Sequence record: DRR378314_1366
Length of the DNA: 62,512 bases
Direction: 5' to 3' (one strand)
The translations under genes and the position numbers were made by a program. Numbering within the stretch: the first letter of the stretch is position 1; each line of letters starts with the position of its first letter. The notes under the pieces were generated by a model that worked only from the letters and a program-made list of their open reading frames with translations, was not told the DNA's origin and searched no databases. Shown here in pieces: positions 29,158 to 39,904 of this stretch.

Positions 29158-30222
29158 CTAGATTTTGTTGGTACGGGCCAAAAGCGAATAATCAGCTAAG
29201 ACCAATGCTGCCATAGCCTCCACTATCGGCACTGCCCTTGGCACAACACAGGGATCGTGCCTTCCTTTACCTTGAGCAGTCACTTTTTCGCCTTCCTTGT
29301 TGATGGTTTCATAAGATTGCAGCACGGTGGCAACGGGTTTAAAGGCAACACTAAAATAAATATCCATCCCATTGCTGATTCCACCTTGTACACCGCCACT
29401 GCGATTGGTCTTAGTACTTCCATCGGGATTAAATGCATCATTATGCTCGCTCCCCTTCATGGCAACTCCTGCAAAGCCGCTTCCAAACTCAAAACCTTTT
29501 ACGGCATTGATGGAAAGCATCGCCTCACCCAAACGGGCGTGCAGTTTATCAAAAACGGGTTCGCCAAGACCAACTGGTACATTTTGAATGACGCAGGTGA
29601 TAACACCGCCAATGGTATCCCCTTCTTTTTTAATGGATTTGATGTAATCTTCCATTTTCTGGGCCATTTCGGTTTCAGGACAACGAACCGCATTGGATTC
29701 AATTTTGGAAAAATCCAATTCTTGATAGGGCTTGTTCAATTTCATCTCCCCAACTTGAGAGACAAAGGCGTTTATTTTAATATCGCTCAAAAATTGCTTT
29801 GCAATGGCACCAGCCACTACCCTGCTCGCTGTTTCACGGGCAGAGCTTCTCCCCCCACCTCGGTAATCACGGAAACCGTACTTTTTATCGTACACATAAT
29901 CCGCATGCGAAGGTCGATACGAGTCTTTGATGTGCGAATAATCCTTGGACTTCTGGTTGGTGTTGTGAATGGCGAAACCAATGGGCGTACCTGTGGTTTT
30001 GCCTTCGAACACTCCTGAATAAATTTCAACCGTATCGGGCTCCTTACGTTGGGTAACGATGGTAGATTGTCCAGGTTTTCTTCTATTGAGCTCCGCTTGA
30101 ATTTTTTCCATGTCCAAGGGTATCCCTGCGGGACAACCATCAATAATGCCTCCCAATGCCTTTCCGTGAGATTCACCAAAGGTGGTGAGTCTAAAAAGTT
30201 GTCCAAAAGAATTTCCTGCCAT
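29158..30222 (-). CDS. aroC: Chorismate synthase
   Basis: GESHG, RPSHAD, RSSARET, GRHDPCV. Confidence 0.98.
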   Translation of the reverse strand: MAGNSFGQLFRLTTFGESHGKALGGIIDGCPAGIPLDMEKIQAELNRRKPGQSTIVTQRKEPDTVEIYSGVFEGKTTGTPIGFAIHNTNQKSKDYSHIKDSYRPSHADYVYDKKYGFRDYRGGGRSSARETASRVVAGAIAKQFLSDIKINAFVSQVGEMKLNKPYQELDFSKIESNAVRCPETEMAQKMEDYIKSIKKEGDTIGGVITCVIQNVPVGLGEPVFDKLHARLGEAMLSINAVKGFEFGSGFAGVAMKGSEHNDAFNPDGSTKTNRSGGVQGGISNGMDIYFSVAFKPVATVLQSYETINKEGEKVTAQGKGRHDPCVVPRAVPIVEAMAALVLADYSLLARTNKI

Positions 30223-30415
30223 TCGGTATAAAAATTAAGATGTATCAAAGGTAGATGTTATAAATCTAATTCAAAAACAGTGTTTTGACTTAATGTTATT
30301 GTAACATATTCGGTTTTTGGGTGATGATTTTTTAACAATATCCTCATGAATTAATGACTTCGATTTGGTTTCTATTTTATTCCTACCGTTTTATTTTGTA
30401 CTAAACCTTATCAGA

Positions 30416-31336
30416 TTGAAAAAAAGGAAGATAGAATTGGCAGTTGTATCAGATGTTCACTTGGGAACTTATGGCTGCCATGCGGAAGAACTCATTACAT
30501 ACCTCAACAGTATCCAGCCTAAAAAGCTCATATTGAATGGCGACATTATTGATATTTGGCAGTTCAGCAAACGTTATTTCCCGCCATCCCACCTTAAGGT
30601 GTTGAGAAAGGTCATCGGAATGGCATCCAAGGGTACTGAGGTTTACTATGTCACTGGAAATCATGATGAAATGCTTCGCAAGTTTAGTGATACTTCAATG
30701 GGCAACTTCAAGGTTGTGGATAAACTGGTGCTTAATCTTGATGGTAAAAAAGCTTGGATTTTTCACGGTGACGTGTTCGATGTCTCTATCCAAAACGCCA
30801 AGTGGCTGGCCAAGCTCGGTGGGTATGGCTACGACCTTCTTATTTTGATCAATAGTTTCCTGAATTGGTGCTTGGCCAAAATGGGACGAGAGAAATATTC
30901 CTTGTCCAAAAAAATAAAAAACAGCGTAAAGGGCGCCGTTAAGTACATCAACAACTTTGAAAAAACGGCTGCCGATTTGGCCATAGAAAATGGTTACGAT
31001 TATGTGGTCTGCGGACATATCCATCAACCCAAAAAGGAGATTTACGATAACAAATATGGTAGTTGCACCTATTTAAATTCTGGTGATTGGGTGGAAAACC
31101 TGACCGCTTTGGAATATTCGTTCAAGCGGTGGAGAATCTACCATTACAATCACGATAAGCTCTCCCCTTTCTTTTTGGATGAAGATTTGAAGGAAATGGA
31201 TATGAACGAACTTATTGCTTCTATAACGGACAAAGAAAGCAGTATTGAAAACATGGCCCAAGAACACAAAAGCGAAGGGGAAGAAGAAAATATTGACAAC
31301 GATTTTTTAGATGACAAGGGCCTGTCGCAAGATTGA
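30416..31336 (+). CDS. UDP-2,3-diacylglucosamine diphosphatase-like (LpxH family) metallophosphoesterase
   Basis: SDVHLG, GDIID, GNHD, HGD, GHIH, NSGDW; TTG start. Confidence 0.88.
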   Translation: MKKRKIELAVVSDVHLGTYGCHAEELITYLNSIQPKKLILNGDIIDIWQFSKRYFPPSHLKVLRKVIGMASKGTEVYYVTGNHDEMLRKFSDTSMGNFKVVDKLVLNLDGKKAWIFHGDVFDVSIQNAKWLAKLGGYGYDLLILINSFLNWCLAKMGREKYSLSKKIKNSVKGAVKYINNFEKTAADLAIENGYDYVVCGHIHQPKKEIYDNKYGSCTYLNSGDWVENLTALEYSFKRWRIYHYNHDKLSPFFLDEDLKEMDMNELIASITDKESSIENMAQEHKSEGEEENIDNDFLDDKGLSQD

Positions 31337-34222
31337 AACGGGGTGCAATGCCTCCCTTTTCGTCCCATCCTTTATTTGATGCCTACAACTTGTGCCGTTT
31401 GCTGCGATCAAAGTGTCTTCGGAACTTTTCTTCACGGCAGGGAACAACTTCAACCCTCCTACTTGCATACTTACTTCGTAATGCTCTTTTTCATAGCCAA
31501 AAGAACCGGCCATACCACAACAACCGGACGGTATTATGGTGACTTTATAATTTTTTGGCAGGTTCAGCACATCAAACGTAACTTTTTGATTGCTCAACGC
31601 TTTTTGATGACAATGCCCGTGAATTTTTACGGTTCTCTCTTCTTCCGTAAAGCTGTCCGATGAAATATGGCCTGCTACAATCTCAGCTGCCAAGAACTCC
31701 TCGATCAAAAATGAGTTTTTGTCCAATTTTTGCAATTGCTCTTTGTCATCGTGCAAGCGCTGGTACTCATCCCTAAAAGATAAAATGGCCGAAGGCTCCA
31801 AACCTACAATCGGTGTGCCTGCATTTAAAATCTCTTTTAGATTTTCCATATTTTGAGCCACCAATTTTTTGGCCTGCTTCAAAAATCCTTTGGAAAGATA
31901 GGTTCTACCGCTTTCCCCATAGAATAGTTCCACATCGTAGCCCAACTTGCACAATAGTTCGATGGCATCTTTACCAATTTGGATGTCCAGATACTTTACA
32001 AATTCATCAATATAAAGAACTACCTGCTTTTTGGATAGGTCGGTTCGCTTTACTTGATGCTGTTTCAGATGATTTTTGAAATTGAACCGCCCTACCTTTG
32101 GTAAATTTCGTTCTGGTGCTACACCGACGGCTTTTTTTAGCATACCCCCTATGGCTTTGGATTCGTATATCCAATTGGTGATGCTGGAAACTTTACTTCC
32201 CAAGGCATTCAACCGTGTATTGTGCGCAAACAGTTTGCTTCGCAACGAATATCCGTTCGCTTCTTGATAATTATAAAGAAACTCAGCCTTTAATGCAGCA
32301 ACATCCACATTGCTCGGACATTCACTGGCGCAGGCCTTGCAGCTCAAGCACAAGTCGAATGCACTTTTGAGTTCTTTATGGTCGAAACGGTTGGATTTTT
32401 CCGAATTGGTCAAAAATTCACGTAAGGCATTGGCCCTACCGCGAGTGGTATCCTTTTCATCTTTGGTAGCCTGGTAACTGGGGCACATCGCCCCGCTCAT
32501 ATGGTGGCTTTTTCTACAATCGCCGCTGCCGTTGCACTTTTCGGCAGCTTTCAAAATTCCTTCACTATCCGAAAAGTCCATCAAGGTCTTAACCTCTGGT
32601 TCTTTGCGGTCAATCTCGTAACGAAGCGACTCATCCATCGGGTAAGCATCCACGATTTTACCTGGATTGAGCACCAAATTGGGGTCAAAAAGGGCTTTTA
32701 CCCGTTTCAGAAGCTCATAATTCGTTTCACCTATCATTAAAGGAATAAACTCCGCACGCACAATACCATCACCGTGCTCACCGCTAAAGCTCCCATTATA
32801 TTTTTTTGTGAGTTTTGCCACATCGGTAGTGATGCTACGGAACAACACTACATCTTCGGACTTTTTTAAATTGAGAATGGGGCGCAAATGCAATTCACCT
32901 GCTCCAGCGTGGGCATAATACACCGCGTCTTGGTTATACCCTTTCATAATTTGGGAAAACTCCCCTATAAAATCCTTGAGGTCTTCTAAGGCAACGGCCG
33001 TATCTTCAATACACGCCACCGCTTTTTTATCTCCTACCATATTGCCCAACAGTCCCAGACCTGCTTTACGGAGCTCTATGGCTTTGTTGATATCATCCCC
33101 GTATAAAATAGGATTGGCATAGCTCAATCCGGACTTTTCCACAGTTTTTAAAAGCTCGTCCAACTGTTTGTCCAAATCTTCTTTAGAATCCGCTTTTACC
33201 TCCAACATTAAAATCCCGGCCGGGTCTCCTTCCACAAAAAAACGATTGGCCAATTGGGCCCTGTTGTTTTTGGTGCAGTCCAGAATCACCTTGTCCATCA
33301 TCTCGCACAGGTGCAGATTGTGCTGCATCACGGGAGCTACATCATTTAAACAATCTTCCAGGGTTTTATAGTGGGTGGCCACCATCGCGGCGTATGGAGG
33401 CGGTAAATCATCGAGCTGAAGTGTTACTTCGGTTGTAAAAGCAAGTGTGCCCTCGCTTCCGGACAATAATTTACATAGGTTGAAATCAGTTTTATCTTCT
33501 CCAAAAATGTTGTTTTTCAGCAATTCATCAACGGCATACCCCGTGTTTCGTCGGTGGATACTTGGTTTTGGGAACTCAGATTTTATATTCTGCTGTGTTT
33601 CGGGATTGGATAGTTCTTCAAACAGCTTGTTATAAATTTTAGATTCCAGCGAATCTCCTCTTTTTTTTTCTTCAAATTCCTTTTTGGACATGGAGGAGAA
33701 GAAAGCATCACTTCCATCGGACAACACACATTGCATAGCCAAAACTTTGTCGCGGGTAACCCCATATTGAATGGATGTGGTCCCGGACGAATTGTTCCCG
33801 ACCATTCCCCCGATCATACAGCGGTTGGACGTAGAAGTGTTGGGACCAAAGAAAAGACCGAATGGTTTTAAAAATTGATTCAGCTCGTCACGAACCACAC
33901 CTGGCTGCACCGTAACTTGCTTTTTGTCCTTGTCCAGACTAATGATTTTGGTGAAATGCCGGCTTACATCCACTACAATGCCATCCCCCACGCATTGACC
34001 CGCCAAAGATGTACCCGCCGTACGCGGAATAAGACCGACTTTATTTCTGTTCGCAAAAGCGAGCAACGCCTTTAAATCGTCAACAGTTTTTGGGTAGGTT
34101 ACCGCTGTTGGTAGCTTTCTGTATACCGAAGCATCTGTAGCGTAGATGGCTTTGCTCAACTCATCAAACAACAGCTCACCCTTCAATGCTTCTGAAAGGT
34201 CTTTTAACAAATTTTTATCCAA
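31307..34222 (-). CDS. FAD-linked oxidase with Fe-S domain (GlcD/GlcF-like fusion)
   Basis: AGTSLAGQ, GEHGDG, CLSCKAC..ECP, CCGMAGSFG. Confidence 0.92.
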   Translation of the reverse strand: MDKNLLKDLSEALKGELLFDELSKAIYATDASVYRKLPTAVTYPKTVDDLKALLAFANRNKVGLIPRTAGTSLAGQCVGDGIVVDVSRHFTKIISLDKDKKQVTVQPGVVRDELNQFLKPFGLFFGPNTSTSNRCMIGGMVGNNSSGTTSIQYGVTRDKVLAMQCVLSDGSDAFFSSMSKKEFEEKKRGDSLESKIYNKLFEELSNPETQQNIKSEFPKPSIHRRNTGYAVDELLKNNIFGEDKTDFNLCKLLSGSEGTLAFTTEVTLQLDDLPPPYAAMVATHYKTLEDCLNDVAPVMQHNLHLCEMMDKVILDCTKNNRAQLANRFFVEGDPAGILMLEVKADSKEDLDKQLDELLKTVEKSGLSYANPILYGDDINKAIELRKAGLGLLGNMVGDKKAVACIEDTAVALEDLKDFIGEFSQIMKGYNQDAVYYAHAGAGELHLRPILNLKKSEDVVLFRSITTDVAKLTKKYNGSFSGEHGDGIVRAEFIPLMIGETNYELLKRVKALFDPNLVLNPGKIVDAYPMDESLRYEIDRKEPEVKTLMDFSDSEGILKAAEKCNGSGDCRKSHHMSGAMCPSYQATKDEKDTTRGRANALREFLTNSEKSNRFDHKELKSAFDLCLSCKACASECPSNVDVAALKAEFLYNYQEANGYSLRSKLFAHNTRLNALGSKVSSITNWIYESKAIGGMLKKAVGVAPERNLPKVGRFNFKNHLKQHQVKRTDLSKKQVVLYIDEFVKYLDIQIGKDAIELLCKLGYDVELFYGESGRTYLSKGFLKQAKKLVAQNMENLKEILNAGTPIVGLEPSAILSFRDEYQRLHDDKEQLQKLDKNSFLIEEFLAAEIVAGHISSDSFTEEERTVKIHGHCHQKALSNQKVTFDVLNLPKNYKVTIIPSGCCGMAGSFGYEKEHYEVSMQVGGLKLFPAVKKSSEDTLIAANGTSCRHQIKDGTKREALHPVSILRQALVI

Positions 34223-34310
34223 TTCGGAATACTTTTTGGGAACTAAAACTAGTTTTAGAACGTAAATCTATTACAAAACTATCTCTAATTTTTAACTTAA
34301 CGAGAACCTC

Positions 34311-34808
34311 ATGAAGATTACCACATTATTTTCAGTATTTTTTTTGTTTGCAACAGTAAGTCTTAGCGCACAAAGTATTTCCGAGCACGCCTTGGGATTA
34401 CGTTTGGGCGATAGCGATGGCTTTGGAGCTGAAATTTCATATCAAAAATCAATTGGAAGATACAACCGTGCCGAATTTGACCTTGGTTGGAGGGACAGTA
34501 GGGAATTCGATGCGTTTAAACTGACGGGGGTCTACCAATGGGTTAGGCCGTTAGACGGCAACTTTAACTGGTATTACGGCGTTGGTGGTGGATTGGGCAG
34601 TGTTAATTTTAAATCCAATCCAAATTTTGATGAAGACAACGACGGGCTTTTTGTCTTTGCCGCTGGTGATATCGGTGTGGAATATAATTTTGATATTCCA
34701 TTGCTCCTATCATTGGATTTTAGACCAGAAATTGGTTTGGTTGGTTACAACGGATTTGACAATGATTTTGACTTTGACATTGCCTTAGGCATTCGATACC
34801 AATTCTAA
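34311..34808 (+). CDS. Small outer-membrane beta-barrel protein
   Basis: Signal peptide, amphipathic strands, C-terminal GIRYQF. Confidence 0.8.
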   Translation: MKITTLFSVFFLFATVSLSAQSISEHALGLRLGDSDGFGAEISYQKSIGRYNRAEFDLGWRDSREFDAFKLTGVYQWVRPLDGNFNWYYGVGGGLGSVNFKSNPNFDEDNDGLFVFAAGDIGVEYNFDIPLLLSLDFRPEIGLVGYNGFDNDFDFDIALGIRYQF

Positions 34809-34828
34809 ATTAAGAACATTTTACAACA

Positions 34829-34862
34829 GACCCTTGGCCCAATAAAAGCCAGGGGTTTTTTT
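34829..34862 (+). terminator. Rho-independent terminator
   Basis: CCCTTGGC/GCCAGGGG stem followed by T7. Confidence 0.7.
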
Positions 34863-34905
34863 ATGCCGTAAGTATTGAATACCTTCGCAACTTAAACTTT
34901 TAGAA

Positions 34906-36027
34906 ATGAAAAGATTTTTTGTCATATTATCGGGAGTCTTGTTTTTGGCTTCATGTGGTTCCGAGCCAAAAGGATATGAAATAAGTGGAACCATTACCGG
35001 CGAACCTGAAAATGGAACCATGGTTTTCTTAAAAACAACGGATTCCATCAATCAATTGGTTGATATTGATACCGCAACTGTGGAAAACGGCTTGTTCCGT
35101 TTTAATGGTAGTCAAGATGAGCCTAAAATGTACTATCTATTTATGGACAAGGTTCGTGGAAATGCACCTGTTATTGTAGAGAACGGAAATATCGAAGTGG
35201 AGTTCCAAAAAGATAGCATAGGTATGGCCAAACTTAAGGGGACCGAGCAAAACGAAATTTTCATGGGCTTTCTGGAAGAATCCCGAAATTTATCTGAGCG
35301 CGCAAGGTCTATGCAAGACGATATGCGTATGGCAGCTCAGGAAAGAGACACCGCAACCGTAACCGCTTTGCGTGAGGAGTTTATGGAGTTCCAAGATGAC
35401 GCAAAGAATTTTAACGTCAAATTTGTCAAGGAAAATCCCAATGCTTATATCTCCGTACTTATAATTGGGAACCTAATGGCCACAAAAGCTGTTCCTGCTG
35501 ATGAAATCAAGGCCATGTTCGAAGGACTGACCCCAGAAATTAAAGCAACCGAACCTGCACAGAAAATTGCGGAACAGTTGGAGAATTCAAAATCCACCGA
35601 AGTTGGTGCGGTTGCCCCTGATTTTTCAGCTCCCACCCCAACTGGTGATATTTTGGCCCTTAGCGATGTTACCAGTAATGCCAAACTCACCTTGGTCGAC
35701 TTTTGGGCGGCTTGGTGCAGACCATGTCGTGCTGAAAACCCCAATATCGTATCGGTTTACAACAAATATCACGAAAAAGGTTTTGACGTTTTGGGTGTTT
35801 CCTTGGACAATAAGGAAGAGCACTGGAAAAACGCCATTGAATCCGATGGTCTGGAATGGAATCACATTTCCAACTTACAACGTTTCCAAGACCCCATCGC
35901 CCGTTTGTATAACATCAACGCAATTCCTGCAGCATTTTTACTGGATGAAAATGGTGTTATCGTAGCAAGGGATTTGAGAGGTCCAGCTTTGGAACAAAAA
36001 GTAGCTGAGATACTCGGAAAAAGCTAA
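34906..36027 (+). CDS. TlpA-like thiol-disulfide reductase with DUF4369 domain, lipoprotein
   Basis: ASC lipobox and DFWAAWCRPCR. Confidence 0.92.
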   Translation: MKRFFVILSGVLFLASCGSEPKGYEISGTITGEPENGTMVFLKTTDSINQLVDIDTATVENGLFRFNGSQDEPKMYYLFMDKVRGNAPVIVENGNIEVEFQKDSIGMAKLKGTEQNEIFMGFLEESRNLSERARSMQDDMRMAAQERDTATVTALREEFMEFQDDAKNFNVKFVKENPNAYISVLIIGNLMATKAVPADEIKAMFEGLTPEIKATEPAQKIAEQLENSKSTEVGAVAPDFSAPTPTGDILALSDVTSNAKLTLVDFWAAWCRPCRAENPNIVSVYNKYHEKGFDVLGVSLDNKEEHWKNAIESDGLEWNHISNLQRFQDPIARLYNINAIPAAFLLDENGVIVARDLRGPALEQKVAEILGKS

Positions 36028-36051
36028 AAAACAACAATATTTTATAGTGAA

Positions 36052-36081
36052 GAAGGTCTTGAGGTATTCAAGGCCTTTTTT
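36052..36081 (+). terminator. Rho-independent terminator
   Basis: AAGGTCTTGA/TCAAGGCCTT stem followed by a T-run. Confidence 0.7.
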
Positions 36082-36102
36082 GGTATATGAAATACGTTCG
36101 AG

Positions 36103-36129
36103 TGTCATTCCGTGCCTGACACGGAATCC
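36103..36129. repeat. REP-like palindrome TGTCATTCCGTGCCTGACACGGAATCC
   Basis: ATTCCGTG/CACGGAAT stem with TGTCA tag. Confidence 0.7.
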
Positions 36130-36213
36130 ACTTCCTTTAAATTGTACACTACCAAATCTATTATTTGGATTCAGGGTTATAATCTAAAAAAAAGCCTTGG
36201 CTCTTAGTTTCAT

Positions 36214-36864
36214 CTAAATCTTCCCCATTTTATCCAACACAAAGAGTATAATGATCGGAATGGCCAATAACACGACGATCAAAGTATCCGTCACAAAAAG
36301 TTCCGGTTTGAACAGTAAAGTGGTCGCGTAACCGCCGATGGCGCCACCAAAATGCGCCGTATGCCCAATATTGCCCATTCTGCTCTTCATACCCCAAATG
36401 GAATACAACAAATAAGCGATACCCAACACATAGGCAGGAAGCGGAATCGGAATGAACATAATGCCCAACTGCATATCGGGGTTTAGCAATATGGCAGCGT
36501 AAAGCACTCCCATTACAGCACCACTGGCGCCGACGGCACTATAAAAAGGTTCGTTTTTATGAAAAAACAGGGCCAACAGACTTCCCGCGATTAAGCTAAC
36601 AAAATAAATGATCAAAAACTTAATGGAACCGAACCAACCAATTACCACTGGTGCAAAAAAGTAAAGGGTAAACATATTCAAAAACAAATGTGAAATGTCT
36701 ACGTGCAAAAAGCCCGAAGTCACCATTCTCTCCCTTTGACCGGCTTGTATGGCACTGATACCGAACTTGTATCTATCAAAAAAAGCCATATTGTTGAATC
36801 CACGGAGGGAAACCAGAACATTGGCGGCCATTATGGCAATAGTAGCGATATGTAAATTGAGCAT
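36214..36864 (-). CDS. Rhomboid family intramembrane serine protease
   Basis: H..ISHLFLNM, GASG, AHFGG. Confidence 0.95.
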   Translation of the reverse strand: MLNLHIATIAIMAANVLVSLRGFNNMAFFDRYKFGISAIQAGQRERMVTSGFLHVDISHLFLNMFTLYFFAPVVIGWFGSIKFLIIYFVSLIAGSLLALFFHKNEPFYSAVGASGAVMGVLYAAILLNPDMQLGIMFIPIPLPAYVLGIAYLLYSIWGMKSRMGNIGHTAHFGGAIGGYATTLLFKPELFVTDTLIVVLLAIPIIILFVLDKMGKI

Positions 36865-36916
36865 GTAATACTAGTTTGGGTTCAAATATAGCTATATTTG
36901 CACACAAGAATTACCT

Positions 36917-37834
36917 ATGCAGCTAGTAGTTTATATCCTTGTTTATCCTTTGCTCTGGTTGATTTCCAGACTACCTTTCAAAATCCTTTATTTAATTTCT
37001 GATGGTGTCTTTGCACTCCTTTACAATGTGGTAGGATACCGTAAAAAAGTGGTGCGCAATAATTTGTCCCTTGCTTTACCGGAAAAGTCAGAAGAAGAAC
37101 GTTTGTTGATAGAAAAGAAATTCTACAAGCATTTCTGTGATATGTTCTTGGAGATGATAAAGACCTTGGGGATCACCAATAAACAAATGAAACAAAGATA
37201 CGTTTTCACGAATGTTGAAGTTTTTCAAAAATTGGAAGATGAAGGAAAGCATATCATGATAATGATGCCTCATTATGCAAGCTGGGAATGGGTTTTTTCA
37301 CTAAATTCCATGGTAAGATCAAAAGCATATGCCATTTATCAGCCTATACAGAACAAATATTTTGACAAGTTGGTTCGTGATATACGCAGCAAATATGGAA
37401 CTACACTGATCAAAACCTATGAGAGTCGAGATATTATTGCAAAGGCAAAAGAAACGAACGAACTAATTACGGTCGGTATCATCAGTGACCAATCCCCTAT
37501 GCTGCAAAGAGCTCGACATTGGGCAAAATTTATGGGTGTTTTGGTGCCCATACACGTTGGCGCGGAAGAACTCTGTAAAAGCCACGGGATGATTCCGGTT
37601 TATCTTAAGGTAAAAAAAGTAGGTCGTGGATATTATGAAGCCACGTTTAAAGTTTTAGCTGAAAACCCTAGCGAAATAGCGGATTATGAGATTTCTGAAG
37701 CTTTTATGAAAGAAACAGAAAAAGCCATTCGAGAAGCTCCGGAATATTACTTTTGGACGCATAAACGCTGGAAACATATGGGCAAAGCCCCGAAAAAGTT
37801 TCAGCAAAAGTCAGATAAGGCAGTTAATGCCTAG
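36917..37834 (+). CDS. Lipid A biosynthesis acyltransferase (LpxL/HtrB family)
   Basis: HYASWE, SDQ, YFWTHKRWK; TATATTTG promoter element at 36893. Confidence 0.9.
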   Translation: MQLVVYILVYPLLWLISRLPFKILYLISDGVFALLYNVVGYRKKVVRNNLSLALPEKSEEERLLIEKKFYKHFCDMFLEMIKTLGITNKQMKQRYVFTNVEVFQKLEDEGKHIMIMMPHYASWEWVFSLNSMVRSKAYAIYQPIQNKYFDKLVRDIRSKYGTTLIKTYESRDIIAKAKETNELITVGIISDQSPMLQRARHWAKFMGVLVPIHVGAEELCKSHGMIPVYLKVKKVGRGYYEATFKVLAENPSEIADYEISEAFMKETEKAIREAPEYYFWTHKRWKHMGKAPKKFQQKSDKAVNA

Positions 37835-39219
37835 ATTCCTGCCACTTCCTTGATTTCACCAATAATGCGGTCGGCCAAACCATCGGCTTCCTTTTGTGAT
37901 TTTGCTTCGGTATAGATTCGGATAATAGGTTCCGTGTTCGATTTTCTTAGGTGCACCCAATTTTCAGGGAAATCAATTTTCACCCCATCAATGGTTGATA
38001 CCTCTTCATCCTTGTACTTGTTATGCATGGCATCCAAAAGCGCATCAACATCCAAGTCGGGAGTCAATTGTATTTTTTTCTTGCTCATAAAATAGCTCGG
38101 GTAACTGGCACGTAGCTCAGCCACAGTCCCACCTTTTTCGGCCATCAACATTAAGAACAAAGCCGTTCCTACCAAGGCATCACGCCCATAATGACTTTCT
38201 GGATAAATAATTCCACCATTCCCCTCGCCACCAATTATAGCATTGTTGGCTTTCATTTTGGTCACTACATTCACTTCTCCGACCGCTGCAGCTTCGTAAG
38301 TGCCTCCATGCTTCTCTGTAATATCCCTCAAAGCTCTGGAAGATGATAGATTGGAGACGGTATTGCCTTTGGTCTTGCCCAATACATAATCGGCACAGGC
38401 AACCAAAGTATATTCCTCGCCGAACATTTCCCCATCATCGCTGATAAATGCCAAACGATCCACATCGGGGTCCACCACAATACCAAAATCGGCCTTTTCT
38501 TCCACTACTTTTTTACAGATGTCGCCCAAATGTTCTTTTAAAGGCTCTGGATTGTGCGGAAAATGCCCGGTTGGTTCGCAATAGAGCTTCACTACTTCAA
38601 CACCCAATTCTTCAAGCAGCTTCGGTAATGCAATACCTCCTGTAGAATTTACACCATCTACCACTACTTTAAAACCTGCTTTTTTTATGGTATCGGCATC
38701 CACCAAGGGTAATTCCAAGACTTCATCAATATGAATGTCGATATAAGAATCATTTTTAATGATTTCCCCCAAATCATCGACCTTTGCAAACTCAAAATCC
38801 TCTTTTTCGGCCAAGGCCAAAATCCTTGCCCCCTGCTCAGCATCCAAAAACTCCCCTTTCTCATTCAACAATTTAAGGGCATTCCATTGTTTTGGATTGT
38901 GACTTGCCGTTAAAATAATGCCTCCATCTGCTTTTTCCAAGGGAACGGCAATTTCTACCGTAGGCGTTGTGGAGAGTCCCAGGTCGATAACATCAATACC
39001 CAACCCTACCAAAGTGGAAACCACCAAGTTTTGGATCATCTCACCCGACAAACGCGCATCACGCCCAATTACGACTTTCAATTTCTCTTTTTCGGAATAT
39101 GTTTTTAACCAACTACCATAAGCTGCTGCGAATTTAACTGCGTCTAAAGGTGTTAGGTTATCGTTGGTGTTGCCGCCAATGGTCCCTCGAATTCCAGAAA
39201 TTGATTTGATCAGTGTCAT
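37831..39219 (-). CDS. glmM: Phosphoglucosamine mutase / phosphomannomutase
   Basis: TASHNP phosphoserine loop, DPDVDR, GGEGNGG, SNTEP. Confidence 0.9.
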   Translation of the reverse strand: MTLIKSISGIRGTIGGNTNDNLTPLDAVKFAAAYGSWLKTYSEKEKLKVVIGRDARLSGEMIQNLVVSTLVGLGIDVIDLGLSTTPTVEIAVPLEKADGGIILTASHNPKQWNALKLLNEKGEFLDAEQGARILALAEKEDFEFAKVDDLGEIIKNDSYIDIHIDEVLELPLVDADTIKKAGFKVVVDGVNSTGGIALPKLLEELGVEVVKLYCEPTGHFPHNPEPLKEHLGDICKKVVEEKADFGIVVDPDVDRLAFISDDGEMFGEEYTLVACADYVLGKTKGNTVSNLSSSRALRDITEKHGGTYEAAAVGEVNVVTKMKANNAIIGGEGNGGIIYPESHYGRDALVGTALFLMLMAEKGGTVAELRASYPSYFMSKKKIQLTPDLDVDALLDAMHNKYKDEEVSTIDGVKIDFPENWVHLRKSNTEPIIRIYTEAKSQKEADGLADRIIGEIKEVAGI

Positions 39220-39310
39220 AATTGTTAAAAAAGTTTTTGCAAATATAGGTGGCCACATTCGATTCCATGTTTGGAATTTGTAAATTTCGACAGAAAAGGA
39301 ATTTGCCCCG

Positions 39311-39904
39311 ATGAACTTCTTAGCGCATATCTATCTTTCTTTTGATGATAAAGAAATCACATTGGGTAATTTCTTTGCGGATCATATCCGTGGAAACAAA
39401 TACAAACATTTTCCTGATAAAATCCAAAAAGGTATTCTGTTACATCGAGAAATAGACACATTTACTGATGCCCACCCCATAGTAAGGCAAAGCAGCAAAC
39501 GTCTCCATAAAAATTACAGCCATTACAGCCGGGTGATCGTGGATATTTATTACGACCATTTTTTGGCCAAAAATTGGAGCACTTATTCCAATAGACCTTT
39601 GGCTGAGTACGTAGAGGATTTTTATGACCTCTTGGAAGATAACTACGACATACTCCCCATCGCCACCAAACGTATGATGCCTTACATGATTGCAGACAAT
39701 TGGCTGCTCAATTATGCCAATTTAGCCGGAATTGACCGCGTGCTCAACGGAATGAACCGACGGACCAAAAACAAATCCAGAATGAATTTTGCTATTCTGG
39801 ACCTTGAAGAACACTATGTGGATTTTGAAAACGAATTCACTTTATTTTTTGAAGAATTAATACCTTTTTCCAACCAAAAATTTATTTCACTATGCGAAGA
39901 CTGA
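39311..39904 (+). CDS. ACP phosphodiesterase (AcpH family)
   Basis: MNFLAH, HREIDTFTD, DHFLA. Confidence 0.9.
   Translation: MNFLAHIYLSFDDKEITLGNFFADHIRGNKYKHFPDKIQKGILLHREIDTFTDAHPIVRQSSKRLHKNYSHYSRVIVDIYYDHFLAKNWSTYSNRPLAEYVEDFYDLLEDNYDILPIATKRMMPYMIADNWLLNYANLAGIDRVLNGMNRRTKNKSRMNFAILDLEEHYVDFENEFTLFFEELIPFSNQKFISLCED

Noticed and set aside
29257-30018. 253 aa ORF antisense to aroC, representative of the many shadow ORFs in the track
   Set aside because: Lies wholly opposite a well-conserved gene and has no recognisable motifs
31307-31336. 30-bp convergent overlap of the LpxH-like and FAD oxidase genes
   Set aside because: Short tail-to-tail overlaps are common and the tail is low-complexity acidic sequence
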